This document shows positions 51,770-64,000 of a DNA stretch of 64,000 nt, in pieces. Each line of letters starts with the position of its first letter. Position 1 is the first letter of the stretch. The notes under the pieces are model-generated. The model did not search any database. It saw only the letters and a list, made by a program, of their open reading frames with translations, and was not told the DNA's origin. Location: contig OZ024741.1 in NCBI GenBank assembly GCA_964016885.1, forward strand, positions 394,382,001-394,446,000, read 5' to 3'. The position numbers and the translations under genes were made by a program. The stretch is from Eledone cirrhosa (Eukaryota).

Positions 51770-54180
51770 GTTGTGAGCAGGTCTTGTCAGAAGTAACTGT
51801 CACCAAATGATCTGGTTGGATCCTCAAGTGAGACTAGCCAAGCTCATGGATGTTATCCAACTAATATTGCTTGGGGTCTAACCCTGGATCTCCTACCAGT
51901 TGGTTTTGCCTGTAAAATCTGTCCAGTGATTCTTTCCTGAGACATTGCCCATAGTATCAGAATACAACTTGCCCATAGTATCAGAACTATGATATCTCAA
52001 TTTAGAGAAGTAGTGGCAGTACCTGGAGTGACTCTCTGATCTTCGAGCTACATACTCTATTGCGTAAAGTTACTCCAAAGACCCTTCAGGGAGGTTTAAC
52101 AAGGAGATCCCTCTGTAATTGGAACAATATCTCATGTCTCCCTTTTTGAAAATTGGGATTATTACACCCGATTGCCATTGCATGGGAACCTTTCCAGAGA
52201 TTCAGGCCACCTGGTACATATGAATCAACTAGAGAATACCTTCTCTATTTAAGGCTTTTTACATCTTGGGCCAGATTTCATCCTCTCCAGTGGCCTTGAC
52301 ACAGTTGAGCTCTTTAACTGCTCTTGCGACCTCAGCCTCCGAGAGATTAGTCACCACTCTCAGATGCACCTTGTGTACATCAGAAGATGCTGTTGTGATT
52401 GGGTTTATGAGATCAGCACAGTATTCTCTTTCCCTTGCAAGGATGCACCTCCCTGAAGAGAGGAGAACCCCAGATGCGTTCTTGATAGCAGGTGTGGAGG
52501 AGGACTTCTTATAACAAAGTCAGGGATGGTCTGCCAGAACACTTTATTTGCTGATCTGAAGTCGGATTTCAGCTTAACTCCAAAATCCTCCCATGTCTTA
52601 ACTTTGGCTACCTTTACTGTCTCTGCTGCGATTCTTCGTGCCTGCTTTTACCACAAGTGCAAAGAGGAGGACTTATTTCCAAGCCAAGCTTTGTAGGCCT
52701 CCTTCTTTGTTCACATGGCATCTTTGAGGTCTTGATTGAGCTAAGGGGTCCTCTTGCCATCTGGTGCCACACAAAGTCTCTTTCACCCGCAGCATTTAAC
52801 AGCTGAAGCAGAAACTGCTGCATTGAACAATATCCACTCCATTTCAACATCCTTAGTTTTCTCAGGGAGTTCTCTGAATTTAGATGCGATAGTATCTGCA
52901 TAACTGGTCTTGACTTCCTTATCCACCAATGCTTCCCACTTTATCCTGTAGGTTGCCCTGGACCTGTCAGTTATGTGGGCTTCTTCGGCTTTAGTTAGTC
53001 TCAAGTTGCAGATAACTAGATGGTGATCAGTTGGCAGCTCAGCCCCTCTCTTAACATGAATTTTAGTACAGAATCAAAGAGATCAGAGACAATAACAAAA
53101 TCAATTGTTGATTTCTGTCCCCGATTCCCCTTATACTATGTATATTTATGGATGTCTCTGTGCTGGAAGAAGGTGTTCACAATGGAGAATCCATTGCTAG
53201 AGCAGAAGTCTAATAAGGCCTCTGCATTTGTATTTAGATCAGGGTTGTCATTCCTTCCAATCACTCAGTGCCAACATGTACATTGAAGTCTCCCATCAGG
53301 TTATATGACTCATTCTTAACTACATCTAATACTGCAGTGACTTCATCAAGGAAGGGTCTGTATTCAGACTCCTTGTTTGATGCATAAACTTGCATGACCC
53401 ACAGAGACCTATCTTCAAGGGACAAATCCTCCCTTCCCTCCTAGTGGTATCCAGTCCATAATACATTCTGACAGCCGTGGCGCTTGTGAGTATCCCCACA
53501 TTTGCCTGTGCAGTCATTTCTGGCATCACACCTGAATAGTGGAGTTTCCATCCTCCATCCAAATCTACAGTATCAGCCAGTAGCATCTAGCCTCCTCCAC
53601 TATTTCCTGCTCCTTACCTGTAAGGGTTATGATGTCCCAAGTTCCAATTGTCAAGTTTTGCTCCCTTCCAAACCCTCTTTGGGATATCAGATTACGCAAC
53701 CTTTGTGAGTCCATCCCACACCTCAGTAAAGGTCACAGGCCCATCATCAATTTTTGCCACTTGAAATGGAAACTACAACATATTTTTTTAACAGGCCTGA
53801 ATGTGTCCCTCAATCAAAGGAGTATGGTTCTTTTTTGTTTCTCTCCCCATATTACAATTTTGGTTGTCTTATTTGTGCCAATCACCAATCTGGTACTCTC
53901 TCAAACCCGTGAAGACTAGGCTTTTTTAGAGGTGACCTTTATTGTGAGTGTTTTTTGGGGGAGCTACAGGTGTCACCCATTGCTCGATCTTCCCTAGTAG
54001 TGAACCACTGTTGGTCCACGGTTGCTTATTTGTCCAGCAGCTGCTCGCTTATATCACAACTAACCATCAGATCAGGTGGCCATATCGCTATCTACCACCT
54101 GTGACCCATTCTCTAGCCAAACAGCTCTGCAGAAGCAGTACCATAGTCAATGAGGGTTATCTGAGACATGGTTATTTCTA
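51770..54180 (-). mobile_element. RTE-clade LINE with APE endonuclease and internally deleted RT
   Basis: VDLDGGWKLHYSGV; LMGDFNVHVG; NTFFQH..IHKYT; DHHLVICNL; KATGEDEI; WQSGVIIPIFKKGD; YRGISLL, then a jump to the C-terminus. Confidence 0.85.
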
Positions 54181-55593
54181 GTTGAAAACTATTCCCAATA
54201 TGTAAACTAAACAACTAATTCTGTTTGTTGTTTTTAATCAATGGAGACAACCTATTCCATATTTATTCCATACCACCCCTTATTATTTGGGACCCAAGAG
54301 TATGCTATTGACGTTTAGGTGGGTAGATGTTGCTCCTGATCAATATATTTAAATGTTTACCATATTTCTAATGAAAGACACTGCCGATGATTTTAAAATG
54401 ATTTCCAAAATAATCAAGAGTTTGGTGGGATTTAGAAACATCATTAATTTTTGTATTATTAACAAGTGACCACTGGAAATAGCGGTAACATTTGAAATAT
54501 TAAATAGAAATGATTAGAAATCTTCAAAATGTAGGCTTCTTTAAAGGATTCCATTACCATCTGCTTTATATTGTAACTAATGGACATCTGAGATTGTTTT
54601 TACCATAATTAACCATTAAGCTAATGATTGTGTAATTTTAATTAATTAAAATTCCTTGCCTCACTACACTACATATGTTCAAGCTCAGTGCTATTTTCAA
54701 AGCCAACAAGGCAGCTGCTTAGGATACAAACATCAGAGTACAATGCTGAACTTTAAAGAAACAGTTTTATACAAATTTATACAATTAAAATAAATATGTA
54801 ATAATTTCCTTTGATCAATAAATCTCTACCACATAGCAGTATTGTAGAAATATCCAAAATGGTGGAAAGGGTCTTATAGTTTTATGACGTATAATATGAT
54901 TTGGTATGAGTGAGTATGGACAGTGTAGTGGAAAATACCGGCATGATATTTTTCTTAGGTCAGGGCAAGAAGTGTTTAAAACTAGGTTCGTCGGCTTGTT
55001 AAACTGTTCTGTTGAAATTATTTTATTTGGGAGAATTGGGGGCATAACTGGAACAATATGGTGCATAACTAAGTTGAATATGTTTGAGCTTGCCTAGTGT
55101 CCAGTTCAGCATATGTTAGCAACAGCTCTATTTGCTTTCTCTTTTGTTTTCTCTCCACATACCAAAAAGTAAATAATGGTGTTTAGAAGACATGCAGAAA
55201 CTTTGCTTTCCCCAATGACTATCATGTTTAAATATTTGCAATTTTATTATATTTATTTTTGCAATGTTCTAAACCTATAGTCATCTACTTCGTTATCAGT
55301 TGATACATCTCATCTGTTACACTCCTTACATTGATCTCTTATCTCTCATTGAATACGTTATATTTCAACTAATGTCATCTGCTACAAAATCAATTGTGTT
55401 TTCTTAATCAATTTGAATCTGTTAGCAGATATATTTGTTATCCACTAGATATATTTGTTTTCTTGTTATTAATCTTTATATCAGTTAAGCCAATTTATAT
55501 CCTAACTGGTGTGTTTTTCTGTTTCCACAGTTCTCATGAATACACTAATTTTATCAAAATTGACAGTGATTCACATTATATTAATAGTTATTA

Positions 55594-55787
55594 AGGGCGG
55601 TGGATTGGCAGTATCGGTAGAACGTCAGGCACCATGCTTTACAGCATAGAGTTATGGCCCTTTGCGTTCTGAGTTCAAATCCCACCGGGGTTAGTTTTGC
55701 TTTTCATCCTTATGGGGTCGATAAAATAAAACACCAGTAATGCACTGGGGCAATTGCAGGCCTTATGCCAAAAGAAGAAACAATTAT
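55594..55787 (+). mobile_element. Full-length SINE
   Basis: Consensus head to tail; flanking attatatt(a/g)atagttat duplication. Confidence 0.92.
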
Positions 55788-56020
55788 ATTGATAGTTATG
55801 CATGAAGGCAATAAAGGTCAACAGAGTTTAAAATCAACAGTTGAGTTCATATGCAAATGAAATAAGTGTAGTTAATTCAACTTGTTCACTTAATTGGTAT
55901 ATCCAGTTGAACAAGAATTGAAATGAATAGTGTAAGTCATAAATAGTTAATTCATTAATACCTCTCTAGATATACATTTTTAATATAAATATATTTATGG
56001 TTCTATACGAGACGAGGAAT

Positions 56021-56170
56021 TATTTACATTATATATATTGGATAGATAGGTGTTCTCATCTTGTTTTGTTGTTAACACAACGTTTCGGCTGGTGTACTCT
56101 CCAGCCTTCATCATTGTGTTCACAAAACAAGATGAGGACACCTATCCATCCAATGTATATAATATAAATA
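56021..56170. repeat. About 50-bp inverted repeat enclosing a degenerate minus-strand hammerhead
   Basis: Arms tatttacattatatatattggatagataggtgttctcatcttgttttgt / acaaaacaagatgaggacacctatccatccaatgtatataatataaata; minus strand aTGATGA-a-ggctgg..ccagcc-GAAA-cgtt. Confidence 0.7.
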
Positions 56171-56509
56171 TATTTGTTTAATTTCATAATTCATAAAGGT
56201 GTACAACATATGTACATCTTAATCTCCTTATAATATATAACCAGCAATTTCTCTGTCTGTCTGTCCGACAGTGGAAACACGTGCGCGCGTGGTTGCTATC
56301 TCTCTCTCTCTCTCCAGCTATCCCTCTCTTTTAGTCTGTCTGTTTCTCACTCTCACTCTTTCTCTTTGTAACACACTAACATTCCTCCCCTCTATCGCTG
56401 TGACGAATGGGGAGAGGGAGGAGGAGGAGGAGGAGGAGAGAGTCACTTCGTCACTTCACCTCTGCCTTTCTTTCTCTCCCCTCTCACTCCCTCATTACGT
56501 ACAGACATT

Positions 56510-56680
56510 AGGGCGGTGGATTGGCAGAATCTGTAGAGAGTCGGACACCATGCTTCATAGCATGGAGTTACGTCCCTTTACGGTCTGAGTTCAAATACCG
56601 CCGAGGTTAACTTTGCCTTTCATCCTCACGGGGTCGATAAAATAAAGTACCAGTAATGTACTGGGTAATTGCTGGCCTTG
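56510..56680 (+). mobile_element. SINE, 3'-truncated by a mini-Helitron
   Basis: Consensus stops at gctggccttg immediately before the Helitron start. Confidence 0.9.
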
Positions 56681-56980
56681 ACTATATATATAAAACTGAG
56701 GATGTCTGTGTGTGTGTGTGTGAGTTTGAATCCCTAAAACTCGAGAAGCACCCAACCTACTGTTTTCAAACTTTACACATGTAATACTTATGTTTCAGGG
56801 AGTGTTCTGAGCAAAAATTTCACATTTTCAATGCCCTGGGGACCGCATTAGGCGATTTAGCGATCTCTCTCTATAACTCTTAATCTTTCTCTTTTTAGAT
56901 AGATACATACATATAACGTCGCACCCTCATAATATCTGTCTGTATGTCTGGCTGTCTGCAGTATGTCACTTCCCTGAGGA

Positions 56981-57012
<32 letters not shown>

Positions 57013-57480
57013 AGTGTGTAAGTTTGAATCCCTAAAACTCGAGAAGTACCCAACCGATTTTTTTCAAACGTTACATGTATATTACTTATGTTTCAGGGAG
57101 TGTTATGCACATAAAAAATTCAACTTTTTGATATCCTAGGGCCTGCATTAGGTGAAAAACCGCGTTTTTAAGCTTTTTATGGGTTTTTTGAAGCGTTACG
57201 TCAGACCGATTTCCTTGAAATTGAAACTATGTATTAGTCAGTCTCTTCTTCATACCGTGAGCACATAAAAAAACATTTATTTTCTTGATCCCCTAGGGCC
57301 CGCATTAGGTGAAAACCTGCATTTTTCCTGCTTCATCGAGGAAAATCTTAAAGATTATCCAGCCATCAGAGTATTCGGTTTATTTTCTTTACATATTGTC
57401 CAGGCATGCAGTTTTTAGGTCTATTGGCGGCCCGCGTTCAAACATACCTTATCCCGTGCAACGCCGGGTATCACTGCTAG
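56681..57480 (+). mobile_element. Non-autonomous Helitron (copy 1, duplicated 5' segment)
   Basis: (a)ctatatatataaaactgaggatgtc start; hairpin cccg-tgcaacgc-cggg, then CTAG|T at 57477-57480; homologous to 59982-60598. Confidence 0.88.
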
Positions 57481-57689
57481 TGATATATAATTATATTCTA
57501 AAAGTATTACATAGGATATTTATATAAGTATATATAATGCTACTAATTAACACTAGTAAGACCAGTATTTAACATAATACGCAATACTTTAAGGAAAGTA
57601 GATTGTAAATATTATGTAAATATTCTGTAAATATTTCGTTTATTTCGCTTCATAGTAGGGATTAATAACAACAACAACAACAACAATAA

Positions 57690-57822
57690 TAATGATTTCT
57701 ACTATAGGCACAAGGCCAGCAATTTGAAGGGACGGGAAAAGTCGATTAAATTGACCCCAGTGCAATATTAGTGCTTTATTTTACGATGTAAGGATGAAAG
57801 GCAAAGCTAACATCGGCTTTGC
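57690..57822 (-). mobile_element. SINE fragment (long-tail form)
   Basis: Reverse complement of the consensus. Confidence 0.8.
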
Positions 57823-57994
57823 TTAATAACAATAATAATAAAACTGCAGAGTAAAAAATACTGGATTGGTGTCCAATGCAGGATAGCTCAGTTCAATTTT
57901 AAGGTTTGAGGACCCCTTAAAGTCGTTTACGTCTCTCTCTACAAATATCTTACAATTATTGGTGTCTAAAAACTGATTGATAAAATGAAAAGTC

Positions 57995-58310
57995 AGTCAA
58001 TCATATTGGGGCTTCCCACAGCCCCGACGGAGAGAATGGAGAAGGCGTTTCCCCGGAGGACGGCAAGGGAGACACGCTGGAAAAGCCATTCCAGCTCGCG
58101 AGGCCCACACCTACGGCTGGCCAGCTCAGCGCCTAAGGTGGTGAGTAGGAGGGTAGCCCTAGGGTCGAGGACACCAGAAGTCTCCACTGCCAAGGTTACA
58201 ACCACAAACCTGTCGGAGAGCGACCGGTATTTGAAGTTTGTCCTCCTCATCCCGACGTGCAGCAGAACCTGGGTTAGTCGCAGACTGCACCAGGTTGCGG
58301 GAGCTGGTGT
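57995..58310 (-). mobile_element. CRE-clade 3' end remnant
   Basis: KYRSLSDRF...LAVETSGVL...LEWLFQRVSLAVLRGNAFSIL. Confidence 0.82.
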
Positions 58311-58349
58311 CTCAAAAAACAAAACAAAACAAAAAAACACTGAACCTTA

Positions 58350-59981
58350 AAACCACTAACCTCAATGAGTGAAATGAATCAAAACCTTTGTTTACACAAC
58401 GACGTGAATGGTGCTAGAGCTACTTATGAAGGTGCCTCGTCTGGCAGGTATCCTGTGGTTGAGCAGCGCAGACCCAGTTATCATCATAACACTGCTTGAA
58501 TGAAGTGGAGTAAGGAGGTAAACATGGCTGTTATGCAGTGTTATTTTAGAAGCAGGCCTGTGAATGGAAATGGTGGGCCAATTAGAGGATATAGACAAAT
58601 AATGTTACGGGTATGGCAGGAGATGGGACTCTTTGAAGTAACTGAACAGAGGATTTGTGATCAGGCAAGAGCAATACGCAAAAACGGATGACTGAGATTG
58701 AGATTGAAATGATAAAGAAAAAGATAAGCCAGGAGGGTGTGAAGGATATAGAAGCTCAGGATGATGGAGATTCAAATAAAAATGTGAGTATGGAATATGA
58801 AGGACTCCAATAGGAAGAAGAGGAACTGAATATTCGAAATGATGCGGGAGGTGACATTAACATTGATGAACTGAAGGACATTTCAGAAAAAGACAGACAA
58901 ATGATTACTGATATATTGGAGATCTCTAAATCAGGAGGCAGTAATCCAAAAACTTTTAAAAAAAGAAACCAATGTCAATTAAAAGAAATAAATAACAAAG
59001 TAAACAACATCCTTGACAAGGTGCCAACTAGAACATCACAGAAACCAACAATTTAATCTGAAGGTAAATGGCATGGTTAGGAATGATGATGTAATCCCCG
59101 ATGAGGATGAAACTAAGAATATCTGGAGTGTAGGAAAAGAGCACAATAGAAGTGTGGGGTGGCTGACTAACATCAAAAATGACTTTGGGGATAATCAACA
59201 GGGAGAATTGGGGATAACAGCTGATATGGTAACTATCCAGTGTAGAAGGATACCAAATTGGAAAGCTCCCGGCAGAGATGGTGTGCAAGGATTCTGGTTG
59301 AAAAATGTGAGGGCCCTTCATAGGAGAATTGCTGAGCAACTCAATAAGATCTTGAATGGAGAAGAGAGGTTGCCAGAATGGCTAACCTTTGGGAGAACGA
59401 TCTTGTGTTTGAAGGACCCCAGCAATACAAATGCAGTTGACAACTTTAGACCAATCTCTTGCCTCCCCCTTATGTGGAAACTTATGACAGGTGTCATTGT
59501 TGAGGCAATACCTGGAGGTGACACTATCTGCAGAGCAGAAGGGATGTAGGAGAAGAAGCAGGGGGACTAAGGATCAATTGCTGATTGATAAAGCGATCAT
59601 TAAATATTGTAAATGGAAACACTCAAATCTGGTCATGGCGTGGATCAATTACCGCAAGGCTTAGGACATGGTGCCATATAGTTGGATAGTAGAATGTTGG
59701 GAAAGGTTTGGTATTGCAGTAAACGTTAGACAGCATCTGCTAAGCAGTATGGATGGCTGGAAGACTGAGCTGACATCATGTAAACAGCCATTGGGAGTTG
59801 TGAAGATCAAGAGAGGAATATTTCAGAGAAACAGTCTTTCACCTTTGCTGTTTGTACTGTGGTGTTGAGAGGTCAAAAGCTGGTTACCACTTGGGAGGAC
59901 GTGAATTTAAGATAAACCACCCGCTGTTCATAGATAACCTAAAACTTTATGGGAAATCCTACGAGCATATTGATTCCCTTG
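58350..59981 (+). mobile_element. Dong/R4-clade non-LTR retrotransposon remnant
   Basis: [14 protein letters not shown]...GYRQ...[16 protein letters not shown]; [16 protein letters not shown]; [14 protein letters not shown]; [20 protein letters not shown]; RGIFQ.NSLSPLLFV; INHPLFIDNLKL. Confidence 0.88.
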
Positions 59982-60598
59982 TCTATATATATAAAACTGA
60001 GGATGTCTGTCTCTGTGTATGTCTGTGAGTTTGAATCCCTAAAACTCGAGAAGTACCCAACCGATTTTTTTCAAACTTTACATGTGTATTACTTATGTTT
60101 CAGGGAGTGTTATGCACATAAACGAATTCAACTTTTTGATCCCTTAGGGCTCGCATTAGGTGAAAAACTGCGTTTTTTTTTCAACTTTTTAGGGATTTTT
60201 TGAGGCGTTACATCAGACCAATTTCTTCTTCATACCGTGAGCAAAGAAAATCCAATTTTTTTATGGCCTAGGGCCCGCATTAGGTGAAAAACTTCATTTT
60301 TTTCAGCTTCTTAGGGCTTTTTTGAAGCGTTACGTCTAGCCGATTTACCCGAAATTTAAAGGCATATTATGCACATAAAAAAAAATTCATTTTCTTGATC
60401 CCCTAGAGCCCGCATTAGGTGAAAACCTGCATTTTTCCTGCTTCATCGAAGAAAATTTTAAAGATTATCCAGCCATCAGAGTATTCGGTTTATTTTCTTT
60501 ACATATTGTCCAGGCATGCAGTTTTTCCACGATTAGGTCTGTTGGCGGCCCGCGTTCCAAAATACCTTGTCCCGTGCAACGCCGGGTACCACTGCTAG
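59982..60598 (+). mobile_element. Non-autonomous Helitron (copy 2)
   Basis: TCTATATATATAAAACTGAGGATGTC start; 3' hairpin plus CTAG|T; internal cctagggcccgcattaggtgaaaa subrepeats. Confidence 0.92.
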
Positions 60599-60651
60599 TC
60601 TTAAATAAATGTTTAATTTATTACACTATGTATGAGTTTTTATCTATATAC

Positions 60652-60826
60652 ATAATAGTTTCTACATTTACCACAAGGCCAGCAATTTGAAGGGAAGGAG
60701 AAAGTCGATTAAATTGACCCCAGTGCATTACTGGTGGAGGGGGTTTGAACTCAGAATGTAAAGGGCCATAAAAATATGCTGAAAAGCATGTTGCTGACGC
60801 TCTACTGATACTGGCAATACCCTGCA
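60652..60826 (-). mobile_element. SINE with internal deletion of the core
   Basis: Head and long-form tail present; core missing. Confidence 0.75.
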
Positions 60827-60929
60827 TTTTTACTTATTTACATAAACAAATGTTTAATTCAATTACTTTTTATGCACATTTTTTGTAAATGTTATTGATT
60901 AACATTTTCAGATTTCGTCTATTCCTTCT

Positions 60930-62200
60930 ACTTTATCCTACATAAGATGCTGTCTCTGGTGAAATACTTCTTTTGGTAAATAAACACATTATTGAAAGAC
61001 TGTCCTTGTGATGTGTTGTCATTACACATGAGGATATAACTAGAAATTGGCACCTGAGGAGAATAAAAGGCAGAGTTGTTTCACTTGAGTATAAATCAAT
61101 TGTTGGAACAAAGACAATGTCTCCATTTCTGCTGCAACAATTGCTGTATAAATTAAATGGAAAGCTAATGCTCTTACAATTCATCTAGTATTATTTTATA
61201 GTCCTTTCTTAGAGTCAAGTTTGCATATTATCTTAAACAAGGAACGCACTTTCAGTTTAAGGACGTGAGAGGGAAATCCTGAAGGAGTGAGTTGATTGGA
61301 ATATTCTCTGGGATAATTAGTTGTCTTCATTTGAAATTATATTAATACATTTGTATTCAATTATTTCTTCAGGTAAGACTTCCACTACCTGATTATTTAG
61401 TCTTCCCTATTTTAATTTTTTTTTAAATTGTTATATTCACTTATCTCAATCTATCTTGTTTTTTTCTCAACTGTAAGAAGTACTAAATATTACTCCTAAT
61501 CTGTCATGACTCTATACGGACATTTAGACTGATTAAATAAATAATGCCTCCTTGTTTTATTTTAGTCCAAATTATATTCTTACCTACCTCTTCTAATGTA
61601 TCCTCAGTAGGTGTTTTAATTGCCTCTCCATATATTGTTTGGATAATACTGTCAGATGTTATCATATCAGCAGGTATTTCTAGGATATTTACACTAAGAC
61701 CAGAATCATGTATCATCCTTCTTTCTCCTGCGCTCCACAATAATCGGTTGAGTACATCATCACCTTCTGTTCTCATATTTGTTGTTAGAGTAAGCTTTGG
61801 AAAGATGTAACTGTTTAATATATGCTTCAACAATGTCTACCTGATCCTCTAGAAACAACCGTAGCTGTTTGGTGAAAATCCCTTTCTAGCAACAGAAATT
61901 TACCTTCAATTGGTTTGTTATTACTTATGATTATCTTAAGCAAAAAACAGAATATTAGGCTGTGTATTGAGAGCATTGATGCTTCATCGATTATTAATAG
62001 TGCTCCTCCTTTTTCTTTTCTCTTGATGTATCAACAATAGATCCAGAGAGACAAAGACAACTGGGAATTGTTCCCCTAATTTTTAGTATAACTGCTGCGA
62101 TATCAGTTATTGTAAAACATATGACATTGATTTCTTCGGAATTGCAATAAGCAATACGTCTTTCCAGAGCCACCAGATCCATCAAGAAAGATTCATATTC
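60930..62200 (-). pseudogene. Decayed Helitron PIF1-like helicase
   Basis: LDGSGGSGKTY (Walker A, ~62155-62187); IIDEASM; LKGDFHQ; LTLTTNMR; LTPSGFPSHVLKLK; LPFILLRCQF. Confidence 0.82.
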
Positions 62201-62362
62201 TCACTTATTGAATCACAGCTTTGCAGTCATTTCAATTGTTTATTCTGACTTCTACATTTACAAAATTCTCTACATATTTCTCTGCATATTTTTTTTATTA
62301 TCCCATTATCTTTCATCTACTGATGGTGCATGTGTGTATGTATATATATATATGCAAATACG

Positions 62363-62778
62363 GCTACGGCTTCCTGAAACCGTGTTTCTTTAGAAATACG
62401 AAATGTCTATACATATTTGTATAAAGCTATGTTTGAAGCGAAATCCTATTTCTATTCTATTATAAGTTGAGCCAACTTATGCAGCTTCATATGCAAATGA
62501 GATTAATCACCTCATTTACACAGACGAGAAAACTATATATTCTCGACTGTTCTCAAGTCTAGCAGTCGCAAGCGGTAGGAGGGACCGTCCTGATGAAGGC
62601 CAGTCAAGCCTGAAATGCATAGATGGTTGTCCCCCTTGCTTCTGTTGGACACTATCAGAGGGCGTTAGCCCCGGTGTTTGCATAGCTACGGCTTCCTAAA
62701 ACCGTGTTTCTTTAGAAATACGAAATTTCTATACATATTTGTATAAAGCTATGCTTGAAGCGAAATACTACTTCTATT
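62363..62778 (+). mobile_element. Small non-coding element: 322-bp period, 94-bp direct repeats, central hammerhead (retrozyme-like or PLE pLTR-derived)
   Basis: Direct repeats 62363-62456 and 62685-62778; TA runs on both sides. Confidence 0.8.
62584..62627 (+). ncRNA. Minimal type I hammerhead ribozyme, intact core
   Basis: accgtc-CTGATGA-aggc-cagtcaa-gcct-GAAA-tgca-TA-gatggt; palindromic TGCA in place of stem III. Confidence 0.85.
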
Positions 62779-62779
62779 A

Positions 62780-63016
<237 letters not shown>

Positions 63017-64000
63017 ACTTGGGGAGGGTCATATTTGTGTAATATTGCCAGAATTAATAACAGAACACACTCACTGTTTGGTTCATTTTCGCTTCTCGCT
63101 GTCTTTTATATCGGTAATCTAACTTACTCGGTCCTCAATGTTGCCATTGACTGACCGACGGTCAAAAATAATACAGATACAATATAGACACAAACACATA
63201 TATATAGTTTATCATAAATCTTTCGTTGCACATCTGCAACATCGTCAGTGGTGCTATATTTTTCCTCCTGTTGTATTGTATGTCTACGCCATTTTTATTC
63301 AGTCTGTCTATATATTTATTTATTCATTTGCTTGTTTGTTTATTTTATTTTGTCTTCTTTGCGCATGCGTTTGCGTGTGTGTATAGTGTTTTGTTTGCTG
63401 TGTGATGGGTGACTAGTGTGTGTTTATGTGCTTGTTGTTATTGTGCTTGTGTATGTATTTATTTATTTATTTATTTTATTTTATTTACTTATTTATACTT
63501 CTCTTAGGTCAGTGTTGTTTGTTTGGGTATTGTTGTTATTCCATTCTTTCTGTTTAGCCTTGGTCTTCTAATTTCTATTTCATTGGCCTCTCTGATTTGC
63601 CTATCTGCTGGGTCATTTCTATGTTTAGATATTATTCTAATTTCTATGTTGTCTATGTTACCGTCATGTTGTTGTCTAGCATGTTCGTATAGTACTGACC
63701 CGTTTTTTCGTCCTTTTAGTTCCCCCCAGTGTTGGTCTATCCTTTCACCTATGCTACGAGCTGTCTCACCTATGTATGTTGTTGTCATGTTTCTGCAAGT
63801 ACCCTCTGTACATCTTATGCTATAGACTACGTTTCTAGTTTTACAGTTTATCCGGGGTTCACCTTACATATGATACATTTCCTATTGGTACAGTGGGTTT
63901 TCTTAAAAGGGTAGGTTTTGCTGATCAGGGATTTTATGGTGGTTCCTGGCTTTTCTACCACCTTTATTTTTAAGGGCTAGACATAAGATAAGGAAAGCCA
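63017..64000 (-). mobile_element. Penelope-like element 3' fragment (GIY-YIG plus tail), running to near the window edge
   Basis: VEKPGTTIK...C..RKCIIC; NCKTRNVVYSIRC..C...[16 protein letters not shown]...RQIREA...LNRK. Confidence 0.88.
63211..63252 (-). ncRNA. Minimal hammerhead in PLE 3' tail
   Basis: Minus strand: acca-CTGACGA-t-gttgca-gatg-tgcaac-GAAA-gatt-TA-tgat. Confidence 0.7.

Noticed and set aside
54815-55100. Possible host exon
   Set aside because: No splice or homology evidence; faint resemblance to a CR1-like C-terminus only
55594-55690. tRNA genes at SINE heads
   Set aside because: A and B boxes are present, but they continue into the SINE core and tail with TSDs; no clean cloverleaf

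Overview
Eukaryotic, AT-rich, repeat-saturated animal DNA with no host exon I can support. The SINE family and the very long (TA)n/(TG)n tracts suggest a mollusc, probably an octopus; that assignment is inference. Most ORFs in the supplied track are microsatellite artefacts. The real content is: two Ty3/gypsy LTR retrotransposons of CsRn1 type (one decayed, 30377-36028; one apparently intact with identical LTRs, 42834-48587); Penelope-like elements (PLEs); RTE, CR1/L2-like, L1/Tx1-like, CRE, Dong/R4 and Vingi/Ingi-like LINE remnants; Helitron remnants and mini-Helitrons; a Tc1/mariner remnant; and about 15 copies of a tRNA-derived SINE. The layer invisible to the ORF track is a set of more than a dozen type-I hammerhead-ribozyme-like motifs, most lying within a few hundred bp of a (TA)n tract. 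They include a 322-bp retrozyme-like unit (62363-62778), U3-A8 compensatory core variants (one pair in a 298-bp palindrome), long-stem-II forms, and a 3-copy family with a fixed non-canonical CAGAAGA core. Other oddities are a 32-nt tRNA-Trp PBS, a twin-primed RTE insertion with a clean TSD, and a bipartite RTE derivative. All structures were paired by eye; no folding or database search was run.
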